Program-made: the position numbers and the translations under genes | Assembly: GCA_963748825.1 (NCBI GenBank) | Contig: CAVVKN010000006.1 | Coordinates: 1 to 64,000, forward strand | DNA length: 64,000 bases | From: Methanotrichaceae archaeon | GTDB lineage: Archaea; Halobacteriota; Methanosarcinia; Methanotrichales; Methanotrichaceae | Direction of reading: 5' to 3' | Part shown: piece by piece, positions 54,014 through 64,000 of the stretch | Numbering within the stretch: the first letter of the stretch is position 1 | Layout of the letters: every line of letters starts with the position of its first letter | Notes under the pieces: generated by a model | What the model saw: the letters and a program-made list of their open reading frames with translations, nothing else | The model's database searches: none | What the model was told of the DNA's origin: nothing

Positions 54014-56800
54014 GCACATCTGGGCTGAGATGGACCTAATGATAAGGTTTTATATATAATCGGTGACAGATACTCTGCGAAAGGGGAGTATCATGCCGGG
54101 ACCGAAACCTTTAGCAATCAACTTGAACGATATCGAACGCCAAGGTTTAGAATTGCTTGTTCGTCGGTACACCACAGGACAGCAAAAAGTTATCCGAGCA
54201 CGGATTGTTCTGCTGACTGCAATGGGTAAGAACAATCGTGAAATCGCTAATGAATTAGAGGTTTCCTGGGACACTGCTCGATTATGGCGGCAACGATGGC
54301 TGGACTTGCAGCCGATTTCTTTGGACGATCTGAGTATTGAAGAACGCTTGGATGACCTGCCAAGACCAGGAGTACCACCTCGTTTAACTGCAAACCAGAT
54401 TTGTCAGATCCAACAGCTGGCTTGTGAGAAACCTGAAGAATCGGGACGTCCAATTAGCCAATGGACAAGCCGTGAGATTGCAGCAGAAATAATGAAGCGG
54501 GGCATTGTAGATACGATTTCAGCTCGTCATTCTGCCAGGATTCTAAAAAAAATGACCTCCAACCGCACTTGATTCGTTACTGGCTAACACCCTGACCTCC
54601 CCATGATTTAGGCATATTTAAACAATTTTCGTTATCTATAGCCGAAATCTATAAATAATATTATGTGCCTAAATATGCACATGAAATCGTTTAATCGAAT
54701 AAAAAATATAAGTGGAATTGAATACATATACAAAATCACTCCTTACTACGACAAAGAAAAGAAGAAAATTCGCCAGAAGAGCAAGTACCTCGGCAAGAAT
54801 GTTAATGGAGTTCCTGTCAAGGTCCGATCTCAGGGAAAAATACCAAAGAAAGTTCTATCACATGGCGAATTCGTTCCACTGAAAAAGATAACAGAAGACC
54901 TTAAACTAGACGAAATTCTCTCTGGAGTCTTGCCCAGCAAAGAAGTCTGGCCTGTTTTAACTCTGGCTATGAATTTTGCTTTGCGTCCCCGAGCATTAAC
55001 CCATATCCAAAGCTGGTATGAAGGCACAATTCTATCGGAAGACCATCCTGATCTTCCCCTATCCTCTCAGAGCCTTTCTCGAATGCTAAGCCGTATCGGT
55101 GAGAGCACCGCGAATCTGGAATTCGCTCATCGACTAATCCAAAGAATCTCAACATGCAGCACTCTGGTTTATGATATCACTTCTTTGTCCTCTTACTCTC
55201 AAAACATAGGCCTACTGGAATACGGTTATAATCGAGATGGTCTCGATCTGCCTCAGATCAACCTGTCTCTGATTGTGGACAAGGATCTAGGCATACCGGT
55301 AATGTATGATCTATATCCAGGAAGCATCTCGGATGTAACTACCCTCACGAATACAGTCAAAAAAATAAAGGCCCTGGGTGTTCAGAATTATACTATGATC
55401 ATGGATCGTGGTTTCTTCTCGACTGCCAATATCCATGAGATGGTCTCAGCGGATTTGTCGTTCATCATCCCCCCAACAAGTACTCTCAAAAATGTCAAAG
55501 AGGCGATATCCGCCATCCATAGCAGCATCGATGATCCTGAGAATTTGGAACTCTACGAGAAAGAACCGCTTTTTGTCATGCCTGTGGACATCGAGGTAGG
55601 CAAAAACAAGCTGAAAGGATACGCATATTACGATCAGAAGCGAGAGCAGTTGGAACGAAGTACTCTCTATAAGCGGCTATACGATTTAATGGAACGGCTC
55701 AAGGCTGTGACCTTAAAGAGCTGGATGATTCCGAGTGTGGTTTTCAGGGAAACGGCAAAAAAGGATGCCAAGTTCATCGAATGGAAAGCAATTGACGGAA
55801 AATTTGAGGTCTCCCTCAGAAAAAATGCCGTCTCTCAGGCCATCAATAAGATGGGTAAGTTTATTCTGCTGTATCGGGGCGAGTTTTCTTGGAATGATTG
55901 TCTTTCACTTTACAGAAGCAAGGATGTCGTCGAGAAAGGATTCGATGTATTGAAGAACGACATTGAACTGATGCCAACAAACCTAAGAACCAATAACAGT
56001 TTGAGTGGCTATCTGTTCGTCGCTTTTCTTGCTCTGATCTTAAGAATGAAGCTGACCAGGCTCATGGTCAATGCCGAGCTGAATAAACGATATTCAGTGG
56101 AAGGACTGCTCACTGAACTAGAAAAGATCAAGCTAATGATCTTGCCGGATGGCGAGAAAATCACAACTGAGATTACCAAGAAACAGCGAGAAATCCTGGA
56201 TGCACTTCATATGTGTGCCTAAACTTTGGGGAGGTCAGGTAACACCTGCTCCGGACGATCAATTCGACGAAAAGGTAGACGACATCAATTCACTGTATCA
56301 ACAAGCCCAGAATTTGGCTCAAAAAGGTGAAGTCGTAATGAGCATCGATGAAATGACAGGGGTACAAGCTCTCGAACGCAAACACCCTGGATTGCCAATG
56401 GCACCAGGAAAAGTGGAACGGAGGGAGTTTGAATACATCAGGCATGGAACTCAATCATTCATCGTGAGCTTTGCGGTAGCCAACGGAAAGGTTGACACCA
56501 TTTCTTGCGGCGATACGCGCAATGAAGATGACTTTGTATCCCATATCAAGGAGGTGGTAGAAAGCTCCTTATCCACATCCCGCTGGCACTTTGTCGCCGA
56601 CAACCTCAATATCCATAAATCAGAGTCTCTTGTGAGGTATGTGGCCGACGTATCCTACTTGGACATCGACTTAGGAATCAAAGGCAGAGATGGTATTCTG
56701 CAGTCAATCGAAACTCGCGAATCATTCTTGGCCGATCCATCTCACTCGATTGTCTTTCACTACACGCCGATACACGCTTCTTGGATGAACCAGGTCGAAA
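54014..56800 (+). mobile_element. Second IS630 copy, interrupted by IS1634 and 3'-truncated
   Basis: Left end ctag-cacatctgggctga, orfA 54093-54572, orfB resumes at 56246 and ends at WMNQVE. Confidence 0.88.
54591..56239 (+). mobile_element. IS1634-family IS (transposase 54663-56222)
   Basis: TIR cctgacctcccca/tggggaggtcagg, 6-bp TSD TAACAC, motifs YDITS, YGYNRD, MDRGF. Confidence 0.92.
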
Positions 56801-57977
56801 CATTCTTCCAGATGATGCGATTCCAAAGGGTTTTCGCAGCGTAGTTATTCAAGACATTACATTTAAAACATGCAACATGGAGTGCCTTCTTGAGCGATTC
56901 TATTCGCCTTCCTTAAAAAAGACCTTCGAAGCGAAACTTCCAAAGGATCTGCAAGGGACCAGTTTTGGAAGCCGCCTGAAAGCATTCGCGATCACCCTCC
57001 ATAACCTGGGAAGAGTAACCGAGAACAAAATCCAGAAGATCTTGGAGAGCATCGGCACCATCATCTCTGAAGGCACGATCTCAAACATCATGATCGAAGA
57101 GAAGCGCGAAGAATTTACCGCCGAAAAAAATGCGATATTCAAAACCGGTATGGAGAACGCAGATTACTTTCAGATAGATGACACTGGTGCCAGGCACGCA
57201 GGGAAAAATCATTATCTGGACGTGGTGTGCAATGATCAGTTCGGCTCGTTCTTCATTCTAGGCGGAAAAAGCAAAGATGATTTGAGACCCATTTTCGGAT
57301 TGAAAGAAGGCGAGCAAATAGACAAGCCAATGGTTTCGGATGCTGCCCAGCAATTCCATTCCATATCTTCAAAGCAGGGGTTATGCTGGATACATGAGAT
57401 ACGGCATTATAGGAAACTAACACCCGTTCTTGAACAACATAGAACTCTGCTGAGTGGTTTTATCGATCGGCTATGGCACTATTATGAACTGCTGGCGGAT
57501 TTTAAAGAGAATCCTGATTGTGGTTTTGGGGTATATCTTGAGTGGCTCTTTGATTTCATCTTCTCGCCCACAGCCAAAACAGGTTATGTGATGCTGGATG
57601 AAACAATAGCATCGACGAGAAAGCGAAAGGATAGGTTACTGAAGGTACTGATCTATCCTGAGCTGCCGTTACATAACAACGGTTCCGAGATAGCTGTGCG
57701 GGAAGGCGTGATCAAGAGGAAGATCAGCTACGGAACTCGAAGCGAATCCGGCAAGGCCGCTTGGGAGAATCAATTGACTATCCTTGACACATGCAGAAAG
57801 CAAGGAGTTAGCTATTTCGAGTATATTCTGGATATTATATCTGGGAGCTACTCGATGCCAAGGTTGTCCCAACTCCTTATGCGGAGCAAGTCCTCCACAG
57901 CCTATTGAGCATGTTCCACAAGATCACCAAAAAAATAAAATGTACTTAATGCTATTTAAAACTTACCAGTAAAGAAA

Positions 57978-58090
57978 CGCTGAGGGTGAGATTTGAACTC
58001 ACGAGGTGCGGTGCACCACTGGTTACCTTGTTCTGGGCAAAATACCCAAAACCTCAAGACCAGCGCCGTAGGCCGCTTGGCTACCTCAGC
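57978..58090 (-). tRNA. tRNA-Ser(TGA) with a 28-nt intron at 37/38 (58025-58052)
   Basis: Acceptor GCTGAGG/CCTCAGC, discriminator G, anticodon stem CTGGT/ACCAG, long variable arm, TTCAAAT T-loop, bulge-helix-bulge CTTG/CAAG with two 3-nt bulges. Confidence 0.93.
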
Positions 58091-58217
58091 CCGCCTCCTA
58101 TCTTTGGATCAGTAGATCTTAAGCCTGACGATCCTATTCGACTTGAAACCCTAGCTTAAAACCTTAGATCGATTTCACCTCGAAAATCTTTTTATCTTTT
58201 GCGGCGATTTCTCTGCG

Positions 58218-59456
58218 ATGCTAATTAAAAACGTCTCCATTATCCAATCCGGACACCTTTTGCACGACAGGGACATTCTAATCGAAGAGGGCAAGATCGC
58301 GAGGATCGACTGCGACCTCCCAAAGGAAAACGATGACGAACTAATCGACGGGCGGGGAAAGCTTGCCATCCCCGGGCTCATCAACGGCCACACCCACCTG
58401 GCCATGACACTCCTGCGCGGCTATGCGGATGACATGGAGCTGATGCCCTGGCTACAGGAGAAGATCTGGCCGCTGGAGGCCAGGATCACAGAAGAGGATG
58501 TTCGCTGGGGCGTGAAGCTGGGTTGCCTGGAGCTGATTCGCTTCGGCATCACCTGCTACAATGACATGTACTACTTCCCGGATACCACCGCCCAGGCCAC
58601 CAAGGAGATGGGCCTACGCGCCTTCATTTCCGGCGTGGTCTTCGACATGAAACCCGAGCTTCTCGGCCAGGTGGAGCCCTTCATCCGCCGCTGGAAGGAC
58701 GACGAGCTGATAACCCCTGCTGTGGGCCCCCATGCCGCCTACACCTGTTCGGAGGAGACGCTGCTTCAGGCCAAGGAGATCGCCGACCGGCATGATGCCA
58801 TGGTTCACATCCACCTCTCCGAGACCCGCGAGGAGGTGGACGGCTTTCTGCTCTCCAAGGGCAAGAGCCCCGTGGAGTACCTGGACAGCCTGGGGCTGGT
58901 AAACGAGCGCCTGGCAGCGGTGCATTGCGTCTGGCTCTCCCCGGAGGACTGCTACCTCTTGGCGGAAAGAAAGGCCAATGTGGTGAGCTGCACAGTAAGC
59001 AATCTTAAGCTGACCTCAGGCATTGCGCCGCTCAACACGATGATGATGGCGGATGTAAACGTCTGCCTGGGCACGGATGGCGCATCCAGCAACAATAACC
59101 TCAGCCTCTTCGAGGAGATGAAGACCACCGCCATTGTGCAAAAGAACGCCTACCACACTCCCGCCGCCTTCTCGGCAGAGCAGGTCTGGCGCCTGACCAC
59201 GGAAAACGCCTGGCGGGCCTTCCGCCTCAATCTGGGCCTACGCCCCGGCGCTTTGGCCGACCTGGCCCTCATCGACCTGAAAAAACCCTGGTTCTGCCCA
59301 GAGACAAACATCATCTCCCATCTGGTCTACAGCATGGCCGGAGGCGTAGACACGACCATCGTTAACGGAAAGGTGCTCATGCGCGAGGGAGTCATACCGG
59401 GCGAGGCGGAAATTTTAGAGAAGGCTCAGGAGCGCTTCCTGCGCCTGACCTCTTAG
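58218..59456 (+). CDS. dadD: Amidohydrolase, 5'-deoxyadenosine/MTA/SAH deaminase type
   Basis: PGLINGHTH, GPHAAYTC, HIHLSET, AVHCVW, LGTDGASSNN. Confidence 0.85.
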   Translation: MLIKNVSIIQSGHLLHDRDILIEEGKIARIDCDLPKENDDELIDGRGKLAIPGLINGHTHLAMTLLRGYADDMELMPWLQEKIWPLEARITEEDVRWGVKLGCLELIRFGITCYNDMYYFPDTTAQATKEMGLRAFISGVVFDMKPELLGQVEPFIRRWKDDELITPAVGPHAAYTCSEETLLQAKEIADRHDAMVHIHLSETREEVDGFLLSKGKSPVEYLDSLGLVNERLAAVHCVWLSPEDCYLLAERKANVVSCTVSNLKLTSGIAPLNTMMMADVNVCLGTDGASSNNNLSLFEEMKTTAIVQKNAYHTPAAFSAEQVWRLTTENAWRAFRLNLGLRPGALADLALIDLKKPWFCPETNIISHLVYSMAGGVDTTIVNGKVLMREGVIPGEAEILEKAQERFLRLTS

Positions 59457-59507
59457 CCTCCTTTTTCGCCAACAATCGATAATTCGAACCCCTGGTTTAC
59501 GAGATAA

Positions 59508-59565
59508 AACCACAGAGTCACAGAGCGCACAGAGGACGAACGGACGGAGAACTACGATTATTCTG
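59508..59565 (+). repeat. REP-like 9-bp-periodic element, copy A
   Basis: aaccacagagtcacagagcgcacagaggacgaacggacggagaact...ttattctg; has a local complementary arm at 59577-59593. Confidence 0.8.
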
Positions 59566-59666
59566 AAAGCAATGAACTCTGTGCCTTTGTGGTGAACGTT
59601 GTCGAGTTGCTAAATCCTCACCTTCCCATTCGATTGGCCTTTTTTGCTTTTTTGTCCCATAATCAC

Positions 59667-60695
59667 TCAGCTCTTGATTATGCGTAGCCTCTTCTGTCCT
59701 CTCATGATCCTTCTCAGGCCCCAAAAGCCGCCCGCGAGGAAGAGGAGAATCAGCCCTGCCGCCCCCAGATAAAACCAGGAAGAGGGAGAGTCTTCTCCCA
59801 CGAAAACCAGGACGGCGAGATCCTGGTTCCTTCTCTCTCCGTCCTGCCCGTCCCGGTAGGAGATCATGCAGGGCAGGGCATAATAATCTGATGTGGCATT
59901 TTCATCTGTGAATACCGAGAGGCTTTGCAGAGTGCTTTCACCCGGGGCGAGGCTCGCTTGATCCTGGCCATTTTCGACCATGAGAAAAGGAGCGCTGGGG
60001 CGGGCCTGCATCTGAAGATCCTGGGCTGGCTCGTCGCCCCGGTTGACTAAAACAAGCTTCAAGCTCGACTCAATCCCGGGAAGCGTCTCGCCCTCCAGTT
60101 CGTCCAGCTCTATCTTCGGTCCGAGCACAACTTTCGCCTGCAAGGGCAGCTCTAGTGAGGCTTTCTCATAAGTAAAAACAAAATTGGGAGCGCTCTCTCT
60201 TCCCGAGGCCGTCACCTGGGATAAGCGGGAATAGTTGAGACGAAGCTGCAGGGGATAAATGCCCAGCGCCGCGCCATCCGCCAGGGCCATGAACTGAACT
60301 GTCGCATTCTCCCCAGCGGCCAGAAGGCCTGCATTCTGCTGCCCGGAGAAGATTTTAATCCTGTCATCGGAGCTCGATAGTTCGGCCATGATGCTGCGAG
60401 CATCTTCTTTACTGAAACCAGGCTCATCCGGCTCTTGCGGGGGCGAGGCATTGTTTTTCAGCACAATGAAAATGCTGGAGGGCCGGCTTTCCTCCAGATT
60501 GCCATAGATCGATGAAATCTGCAGACGAGGGCCCTCTGCCAGGCTATCGGCTGCCCCTGCAGAAAAACCGGCAGGCAGCAGAAGGAGGAGAAAGAGAAGC
60601 AAAAGGAGAAGGAGAAATCGGCACAGGACCCTTGATGCTTTCATCAATCCCAATAGAGAGCTGTACCTTTTTATCTTTGCTGCCTGAAGTCTCAA
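59667..60695 (-). CDS. COG1361-like S-layer domain membrane protein
   Basis: Signal peptide, two Ig-like repeats (GLLAAGE..VQF...GIYPLQLRLNY; SLAPGE...YYALPCMISY), C-terminal TM and basic tail. Confidence 0.7.
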   Translation of the reverse strand: MRLQAAKIKRYSSLLGLMKASRVLCRFLLLLLLLFLLLLLPAGFSAGAADSLAEGPRLQISSIYGNLEESRPSSIFIVLKNNASPPQEPDEPGFSKEDARSIMAELSSSDDRIKIFSGQQNAGLLAAGENATVQFMALADGAALGIYPLQLRLNYSRLSQVTASGRESAPNFVFTYEKASLELPLQAKVVLGPKIELDELEGETLPGIESSLKLVLVNRGDEPAQDLQMQARPSAPFLMVENGQDQASLAPGESTLQSLSVFTDENATSDYYALPCMISYRDGQDGERRNQDLAVLVFVGEDSPSSWFYLGAAGLILLFLAGGFWGLRRIMRGQKRLRIIKS

Positions 60696-60737
60696 TGCCG
60701 GGAGTTTTTATGGTTCCTCGCGGTACTGAGTGGGTAA

Positions 60738-60794
60738 CAGAATAATTGAGTTCTCCGTCCGTTCGTCCTCTGTGCGCTCTGTGCCTCTGTGGTT
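60738..60794 (-). repeat. REP-like element, copy B (inverted)
   Basis: Reverse complement is nearly identical to copy A over ~57 bp. Confidence 0.8.
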
Positions 60795-60836
60795 ATATTC
60801 CGTAACTCTAGGTTTAATTATCGGAGAGAGCCGTTT

Positions 60837-61634
60837 TTATTCTGCAGAGGCTATTTCCAGAGCCTCCTTAGCATGAAGGCCCTTGTGCACCACACCGCAG
60901 ATGCGGCGGGTTATAAGCGCGGGGTTTTCGTGCTGGAAGACGTTCCTGCCGATAGCCACGCCTCGCGCCCCTGCCGATATCGCTCCCTCGACCATTGTAA
61001 GCAGGTCCAGCTCCGACTCCACTCTCGGCCCGCCAGCAATGACCACGGGAATAGGGCAGCACTCCACCACACGGGCGAAGCTGTCCGGGTCTCCGGTGTA
61101 GTTGGTCTTGACAATATCTGCGCCAAGCTCCGCTCCCACCCGGGCGGCGTGGGCGATGTACTCCACCGAGTATTCGTCATTGATTTTTTTTCCCCGCGGA
61201 TACATCATGGCCAGGAGCGGCATGCCCCATTCTTGACAGTGGCGAGAGATCTCGCCCAGAGTGGAGAGCATGTGGCTCTCGTCTTCTGCGCCGACATTGA
61301 CATGAATGCTCACCGCATCGGCGCCGATCTTGAGAGCCTCCTCAACCGTTGCCACCAGCACCTTGTTGTTGGGGTCAGGCCCCAGAGCGGTGGAAGCGGA
61401 GAGATGGATGATCAGGCCCAGGTCCCGGCCGTAGCCGCGATGGCCGAATACGGCTGCACCCTTGTGCACTATGGCAGCGTCCGCCCCTCCCGAGGCCACA
61501 GCATCGGCGATGGCCTTGACGCTCTTTATGCCCTTGATGGGACCGACGGTCACCCCGTGGTCCATGGGAATTATGACTGCGTTTCCAGTACTACGATTGA
61601 ATATTCTCTCCATGCGAATCGATGTTCCTCTCAA
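60837..61634 (-). CDS. aroA': 2-amino-3,7-dideoxy-D-threo-hept-6-ulosonate synthase (class I aldolase, DhnA family)
   Basis: [54 protein letters not shown]. Confidence 0.88.
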   Translation of the reverse strand: MRGTSIRMERIFNRSTGNAVIIPMDHGVTVGPIKGIKSVKAIADAVASGGADAAIVHKGAAVFGHRGYGRDLGLIIHLSASTALGPDPNNKVLVATVEEALKIGADAVSIHVNVGAEDESHMLSTLGEISRHCQEWGMPLLAMMYPRGKKINDEYSVEYIAHAARVGAELGADIVKTNYTGDPDSFARVVECCPIPVVIAGGPRVESELDLLTMVEGAISAGARGVAIGRNVFQHENPALITRRICGVVHKGLHAKEALEIASAE

Positions 61635-61816
61635 ATTTGCCCTCTCCTTTTTATGTATTATCAGTTCTTGATATCCGTTCTGGAATCAATGTATTAATTA
61701 GTACATCAAAGTACTTTTTACTACTACAATGAACAAATTATGTGTATTTAAAGTTTCCCTTCCTCAGCAAGCCTGAAATAGTGGCAAGGTGCTCTATCCT
61801 GGGAGTGAATTCAATT

Positions 61817-62854
61817 ATGGGTGGCGGTTTATCTCGATTTATTCGGCTGAGAGAGGCGAGCGCAGCAGCATTGATAATCTGCCTGCTGGCTGTCTTTTTC
61901 CTGAGCTTTCTGACAATCTCGGCAATGGCCGGCACAGAAACCGGCGAGTTCTGTCCTACTTGTCCGGACTGGACCAACCTGGACGGCTGGCTGGCTAAAA
62001 AAGATGCCTATGAGCAGGCCCAACAGAGTGGCCAGCAGAGCGGCGGCCAGACATCTGGCCAGCAAAACGGACAGGCAAGCAATACTCCAATCACCGCAAA
62101 GGTCGATCTTCCGCAAAAGAGCTATGCTCTGCCCGAGCTTATCACCAGCCCCTCATCCATCAAGAGCGATCAGGTAATTCTGGATGTGAGGTCCCAGCCG
62201 GATTACCTTTCCGGGCATATTCCCAAAGCGAGAAGCCTGTACTGGAAGGACCTGCAAAGGAACGGCATTCTTGATCCGGCTCTGGCCAAAGAGGCGCTGG
62301 GCCGTGCCGGGGTGAACGAGAGCGATCGCCTCCTCGTCTACGGAGATTCCGGCGAGGGTGCTGCGTTTGCCTTCTGGGCTCTGAGCTATCTGGGGCATAA
62401 GAATGTCAGCTTGCTTGACGGCGGCGCGGATGCGGCCAGAGGAGCAGGAGCCTCCCTCACCACAAATGCACCGTCTCCATTGCCTTCCAACTACACCGCC
62501 CACATCGCACCCTGGCTCCTGGTGACGCCCGACAACCTGGCAAGCATGCTTGAACTATCAGATGCCCGGGTCCTGGATGCACGAGACTTTTTCGAATATG
62601 GCCAGAGCAGACTGGGCAATGAGTCGATCTGTCTAAGCCAGGATAAGCTCTACGATAATTCCCAAATCAAAGATGCTGGCAAGCTGAAAGATCTTTTTGG
62701 AAGGCGCCTGGAGGATTCGGGAACTGCCATCGTCTACGGCACACCGCAAGCCTACTCGCTCTTCTACAGCCTCAAGCTCATGGGCTACAATGCCACCCTG
62801 CTGGAAGGTGACTGGTGGAAGGAAACGAAGTGGGCTGTGAGAAACGTGAGATAA
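61817..62854 (+). CDS. Secreted tandem rhodanese-domain protein
   Basis: Signal peptide, CPTC, ILDVRS..DYLSGHIPKA, VSLLDGG, VLDAR. Confidence 0.8.
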   Translation: MGGGLSRFIRLREASAAALIICLLAVFFLSFLTISAMAGTETGEFCPTCPDWTNLDGWLAKKDAYEQAQQSGQQSGGQTSGQQNGQASNTPITAKVDLPQKSYALPELITSPSSIKSDQVILDVRSQPDYLSGHIPKARSLYWKDLQRNGILDPALAKEALGRAGVNESDRLLVYGDSGEGAAFAFWALSYLGHKNVSLLDGGADAARGAGASLTTNAPSPLPSNYTAHIAPWLLVTPDNLASMLELSDARVLDARDFFEYGQSRLGNESICLSQDKLYDNSQIKDAGKLKDLFGRRLEDSGTAIVYGTPQAYSLFYSLKLMGYNATLLEGDWWKETKWAVRNVR

Positions 62855-62942
62855 GCTCATTTCACACTTTTTTGGTTTTAAGCGAGAAAAAATTCAAGAC
62901 AATAGGGCTTGACAATTTCTGAAGCTTCAGAGTAAGTCTTCC

Positions 62943-63902
62943 TTAACTACCGCTCAGCAGCGCCTTCACCGCTGTCTCAATCGCCTGGGCCGAGCCGCCC
63001 TCGGGCGTCCAGCCGAGCCTCTTGATCTTTTCGATGGAGAGCTGCATGACCTTGACATCGCCCTTCCAGCCCCGGCCATCCACGCCGCCCGTGTAGCAGT
63101 ATTGGACATCATTGAGGCCCATCTGCAAGGCCACGATATCTGCGATCTTTATCACATCCACAGAGTCCTCGGAGCCTATGTTGAAGACGTTGATCTGCCC
63201 ATCCGAGTTTTTCACACAATGCAGCATAGCCTTCACGCAGTCTCTGACCTCCAGGTAGGACTTCTTCTGCTTGCCTGATCCCAGTATCTCCAGCTCTTTG
63301 GGATTTTCTCGCAGCTTTCTGATGAAGTCCACCAGCACGCCGTGCGTGCCCCGCTCTCCCACGATATTGGCGAAGCGATAGATCCAGGACTGCATCTCGA
63401 AGGTGTGGCAGTATGAGGAGATGAGCGCCTCGCAGGCCAGCTTTGACGCACCGTAGAGGGATATGGGCAGAAGCGGTCCGTAGTCCTCGGGGGTGGGCAC
63501 CTTTGTAGCTTCGCCGTAAATGGTGGACGTGGAGGTGAATGCGATGCGATTAACTCTCGTTTTGCGCATGGCCTCTAAAAGATTGTAGGTGGCCATCACA
63601 TTCTGCTCCAGGTGCACGCGGGTGTTTTCTGCGCCCAGTTTCACATCCGGATTGGCGGCCAGGTGAAAGACCATATCCACCCCAATCAAGGCCTTTTCCA
63701 GAGCACCGGGAAGAAGCAGGTCAGCTTCTATGAGATGGAAATTTGGATTATTCTGGTGCGGGGCGAGAAACTCTCTCTTTCCCGAGCTGAAGTTGTCGAG
63801 GACGGTGACCTCATTTTCCGCCAGCAGAGCCTCTACAAGATGGCTGCCGATGAAGCCGGCGCCGCCGGTAACAAGGATAGATTTGCCTTTCAGCGTTGGC
63901 AT
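62943..63902 (-). CDS. NAD-dependent epimerase/dehydratase (UDP-glucose 4-epimerase-like)
   Basis: VTGGAGFIGSH, STSTIYG, YGASK. Confidence 0.92.
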   Translation of the reverse strand: MPTLKGKSILVTGGAGFIGSHLVEALLAENEVTVLDNFSSGKREFLAPHQNNPNFHLIEADLLLPGALEKALIGVDMVFHLAANPDVKLGAENTRVHLEQNVMATYNLLEAMRKTRVNRIAFTSTSTIYGEATKVPTPEDYGPLLPISLYGASKLACEALISSYCHTFEMQSWIYRFANIVGERGTHGVLVDFIRKLRENPKELEILGSGKQKKSYLEVRDCVKAMLHCVKNSDGQINVFNIGSEDSVDVIKIADIVALQMGLNDVQYCYTGGVDGRGWKGDVKVMQLSIEKIKRLGWTPEGGSAQAIETAVKALLSGS

Positions 63903-64000
63903 ATTTCTTGGCATCAGTTTTTAGTTTTTTGAAGCCAGGGAAGATATAACTTATCGTTGGGTATGAATGCGGCCTTGTCGGCAGGAAAAGTTGCGCGGAT

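Larger units (their letters stand above)
53862..57916 (+). mobile_element. IS66-like element, interrupted and partly deleted (C-terminal transposase ~56800-57908)
   Basis: 14-bp TIR gaacatgctcaata/tattgagcatgttc; motifs IDDTG, VSD, LCWIHEIRH, HNNGSEIAVR, KRKISYGTRS. Confidence 0.8.
27314..57991. mobile_element. ~30.7-kb decayed composite element integrated at tRNA-Ser(TGA)
   Basis: Flanking 15-bp direct repeats, recombinase pseudogenes, DUF3987-like gene, AT-rich stretches and dense IS content. Confidence 0.75.

Noticed and set aside
56149-56844. 231-aa ORF as a novel gene
   Set aside because: A chimera of the IS1634 end, IS630 orfB and out-of-frame IS66-like sequence
57978-58090. Reading the tRNA as Leu(GAG)
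   Set aside because: The anticodon stem register, BHB position and G discriminator all fit Ser(TGA)

Overview
Archaeal DNA, most likely Methanothrix/Methanosaeta (inferred from an acs paralogue, aroA', an intron-containing tRNA and Methanosarcinales-type IS elements). Housekeeping flanks lie at 1-13.5 kb (Lhr helicase with three frameshifts, PRTase, hybrid histidine kinase, MscS/MscL, CDGSH protein, acs) and 58-64 kb (amidohydrolase, COG1361-like protein, aroA', rhodanese, epimerase). Between them are about 44 kb of accessory DNA in two blocks. Block 1 (13.6-27.3 kb) holds a 5'-truncated RecG-C/wHTH regulator, a 158-nt rod-like hairpin, a bacterial-type AddAB helicase-nuclease pair and a complete Shango-type defence operon. 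Block 2 (27314-57991) is bounded by a 15-bp direct repeat of the tRNA-Ser(TGA) 3' end. It looks like stacked, decayed copies of a small integrative replicon: a DUF3987-like Rep with an ori-like repeat, an AbrB-like gene, two tyrosine-recombinase pseudogenes and three copies of a ~70-bp palindrome. Its cargo includes PolB2-cassette accessory genes without polB2, an HhH-fold glycosylase-like gene and a DUF4062 gene. Block 2 also carries at least 10 IS copies or remnants, including a multi-level nest. All family assignments come from motif recognition by eye, not database searches.
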